This document shows, piece by piece, positions 59,881 through 63,721 of a stretch of DNA of 63,721 nt. The translations under genes were made by a program, and so were the position numbers. Each line of letters opens with the position of its first letter. Position 1 is the stretch's first letter. The notes under the pieces are model-generated. The model was not told the DNA's origin, searched no databases, and was given only the letters and a program-made list of their open reading frames with translations. The stretch comes from Welwitschia mirabilis (lineage: Eukaryota), in assembly GCA_051453625.1 (NCBI GenBank), contig JBOZIK010000001.1:37706064-37769784 (forward strand), given 5' to 3'.

Positions 59881-61411
59881 AGAAAAGAAATAAGATATGC
59901 TTATCTTAAACAAAGTGAAATATTAACTAGTAATAAAACATTAAAAAATAAAATATAGTTAGAAACATAAAAATTCATCTTAGTTTGGGTTTTAAGGCAT
60001 ATGTAAGTATAGAGTCCTCAAACAAAATAAGTTAACCACATTAATAGCCATATCATGACTTAATACTGAGTATTTTAAAATTAAGGTTTACCTTTTATAT
60101 TTCATGGGTTGTTAAGATATGTTACTTTCTTTTACTTAATTTATTTGTTAATTTATAAGTTGATATACTACATAAGTTTTGGGCTATTTTGGTAGTTTCA
60201 GTTTATAATAGCTTAAGTGTAGTCTATACTATCTTAGCTCTTACAATAATATAATTTGGAAAATATCGAGGATTATATTCTATTTAATTTAAGATCTAAT
60301 ATGAAAGAAAATCATTAGTCAAACATGTAAGTATTTAAATTATGATTAAAACAACATAGTTTACCTTTATTGTCAACCAACTATTTAACTAATAGGGAAC
60401 ATGAAATGATGGGTTATGAGAAATTATTTTTATATCAGCTAAACATTTTGGTCTAACTCTAAGATTTATGCACCATGTGTCACTAGCTTTCATATTTCAC
60501 CATAAAGCCTAAACCCAAAATCAAATAAGTACATTGTCTTACTATAAATACACCATGGCAAATATTCTTAAGAGAGGCCTTTGGCAATGTAATATGGTAG
60601 TTGTGGAAACTCTATTAAATGAGATGGCCATGATCTAGTCTAAGATTAGACTTGCAAGTCCTTAATATTTTGATAATTATTTTACTCCCCTCAATGTACC
60701 TTTGAGTGTTTTTAGACACTACTAATGAACAAATGAAATAGGGACTACAAAGAGACAATCATGCTCTAGGTGTCATCTGAGGTATGATTAGTTACCAATG
60801 TGTTTATCAGTTATATCAAGTCCATGTTAAGCCTCCACTATTAAAAAAAGGAAAAAAAAGGAAAAAATAAGAAGGAAAGAAAGAAAAAATAAAGAAAATA
60901 AAGTGCAGAAACATACTCCAATAATCCTCTCATATTCATTCCCTCATCCATGGTGCATGTGTTATTGAGTTAGAGGCTAAATTTTTACAGTTTCTCATAA
61001 TTTAGAATTTTTTTGTGGTACAAATTAGTTATCATGGGTAGCTGATACTGAGAAACAAGTTAAAACCTAATCTTTGATCATTAAATTTTATTCAGAGCAT
61101 TATTGAGAAATATATAATATTTTCAAAAGGATTAGTGAATTGATGATTACATCTCTTGATATTTAACCTATTTCATTCTTATTTGTTAAATTATTAAATA
61201 AGTTAGTTTTCTTGAAATGAATTACTAGTTGGTATTTACATAATGAGTAAAGTAATTATTATCTCATATTATAAAAAAAGGTAATGCCATTTATAATTGT
61301 CTTTATTGAAAATCTATAAATGTCTTTATCTTTATGAATTTTTAATATTTTATCAAACATGTCCCTTTAGCTATTAATGTAACTCATATGAAATAGAAAT
61401 TAAAGAAAAAT

Positions 61412-61424
61412 GAGTGAGAGTGAA

Positions 61425-61456
<32 letters not shown>

Positions 61457-61530
61457 GGAAGGGGGGTGAGGGGGGAGGGGTGGTGGAGAGGAGGGGGGGT
61501 GGGGGGGGAGAGGGGGGAGGNNNNNNNNNN

Positions 61531-61571
<41 letters not shown>
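61412..61571. repeat. (GA)n microsatellite, G-rich tract, 10-N gap, poly-C
   Basis: Directly visible low-complexity sequence. Confidence 0.9.
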
Positions 61572-61573
<2 letters not shown>

Positions 61574-63721
61574 AGGAGAGAGCATAACATTAAAATATAT
61601 ACGTAAACAATATAAATAAATAAGAAAATAAATAGACCAACTGAATCCATGCTAGAATTAGTTCTTAAATAGTAGATACTAAAAGAAAGTAAAGTTTAAT
61701 TACATGAAAATGAATGAGTCTTAGAATACAAACATACTTATTAAGAAATCCATCTTTATGAGATGCCAGGAATGTATTGTTAAGTTAGGCATTAATTAAA
61801 GAATTCTAAACCGATCAACTATTCAATATATATTTGAAACTTTAAATCAATTATTACAATAATTTAGCTTTTTTTCAAAGCCCTTGGTAGCTATGGTCAT
61901 CTTACAATTATGAGAACAACTTAATCTTTGCAGTGAAACCAGGTGTTACATTAAATTTCTATATTATCAAATAATTGTAATCTTAGGAACTTTTCAGGGA
62001 AAAAATACTTCAATTACAATTAAAAATATATATTACATAAAATTCTACCATACTTAAATTATTTTGGATTTTCAAATGAGCATTAACTAAATTGATCTAG
62101 CTTAGCCAATTCTTATACACCTTTAAGTTTTCATTAATTAAATAGAATCAAGTAAGCAATTCACAACTGAAGTTGTGAATCAGTTCTTACATCCTATTTA
62201 ATCTCTTTTGTAAATAAATCAAGCCATGAGCTTTGGTCAAGTTAACTAACTATCCAACTAATAACCAAGGCTATCACTTAATTTTTAAGTTAAATTTAAC
62301 CTTATCCTTAGGCTTAATCTATTTACTTCTTCATGCTGCAACACTCATTAAATTTTGTGATATAACCATTGACCAATTATTCCATTCCAATTTCCTATAG
62401 TAATAAATAATAAAAATAATGATTATAAAGGAGTATTTAGAAATAAAAGCTTGTAAAGATTAGAATTTCATTACAAAATTTGCCTTCGTATTATGTATTG
62501 AATATGATGTAATATATTTTATGTGAAGTCATGCTCATTAGAAGGTACATAATAGGATGTAATGTTAACTATTATAGATTACTGAAATACAACCACCTTA
62601 GATTTATTTTAATGATTATTTTTATAATGAGCTTCTTATTATTAGAATTATAGTGGGAACCATTTAAGTTTTTATCCATTCATGATAGATATATGCAATA
62701 ATAAAATCATGTTATTCCATGATACACATTACGGACTTGGAAATTTTGAAAAGTATCTTATCATTATAATGAGACAGGTATCTAGCCAATGATGTAAATT
62801 GAATTCTATTTAGGTTAAATACAATCTAATGAAATTCTAGGTAATGTTTTAGAAATTTGATTATTTACTAGGAACTAGAAAATCTTAGGTTTACGGGAAC
62901 TGATGGACCAAAAATTTNNNNNNNNNNATTAAAAATAATACATTTTATGGATAGTTATAAGTTATAGACAAGTAAATTAATATTTATTCAATAAAAATAA
63001 TTGCAGTTATGTTTGGTAATAATGTATTAGATTATATTAACAATTAGACTATCACAAGAAAATGTATTATAAATAAATTTATTATTAGAAATTTAATGTT
63101 TATTTCTGACACCTTCTCTTTTCTTACCTTAATTAAGCATTATTTTTTTTCTCATTTTCTTGTTTCTTCATTCCTTCTTTAATATTATCATCTAATAGAT
63201 ACAACAAAACCTAGGATTAAATGTTACTTATTATTTTATTAGCATTTTTATATTATAAGAAAAAATCATATTAATATTATATACTTACATATAATTATTT
63301 TCTTGATTATTTTGTTGTACAAAAAATAGTGATGTTATAAGTTTGTGTTCTCCATTTCTTTCTAACTTTCATCACATAGAAAGATATCTTATAAATAGTT
63401 GAAGGGATGTAAACTTGTTATAAAACATACATGGATAAGTTTAAGGATGATACTTAACTAGTATAATAGGAGATTGTACTCCTATTAAGTATTCAAACTT
63501 GATATTCAGCCACCCTCTGGACATGAGTTGATTCTACTTTAGGTTCTAAACTATACAAAAATAGTCAGGCTTAACTTCATAGGCTTACACTTCACCTTGG
63601 TATACCTCCAATGTAGGTGACAAGTGGTATGTGAGGTAGATGCATGCTTAAAAATAATATCCACTTCCTTAAAACATCTCTGGATGATGCAACATAATCC
63701 ATTGATGCAAAGGGCTTGAGA

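Noticed and set aside
61455-61571. G-tract / poly-C inverted structure or G-quadruplex
   Set aside because: Split by a 10-N gap; homopolymer ends of short-read contigs are unreliable.

Overview
AT-rich land-plant nuclear DNA from a gapped short-read assembly; the species cannot be identified from the sequence. There are two host genes. The first is a 10-exon XBAT33-type ankyrin-repeat/RING-HC E3 ligase (+, 3516-27277, 528 aa), whose 19.8-kb eighth intron is packed with LINE, Copia, LTR and hAT-MITE relics. The second is a 4-exon GC-rich laccase (-, 49135-46737), whose 3' end is duplicated across an assembly gap. Between the two genes lies the most interesting structure: a rolling-circle transposon pair. 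A ~12-kb decayed element (28462-40444, +) encodes an intron-containing RepHel with the Helitron2/Helentron (HLE2) signature RGSPHVH and no endonuclease. A ~2.9-kb non-autonomous relative (41729-44620, -) faces it tail-to-tail. Both interrupt the same ~60-bp satellite without a target-site duplication, and removing them rebuilds the monomer. They share a related 5' end, a 10-12-bp asymmetric inverted repeat, and an unusually long 3' foldback (110-360 bp); the non-autonomous copy ends in CTAG. Also present: a tRNA-derived SINE, a pogo/Lemi1-like element, a ~1.2-kb solo LTR and an unidentified decayed ORF. All calls were made by eye; no database search was run.
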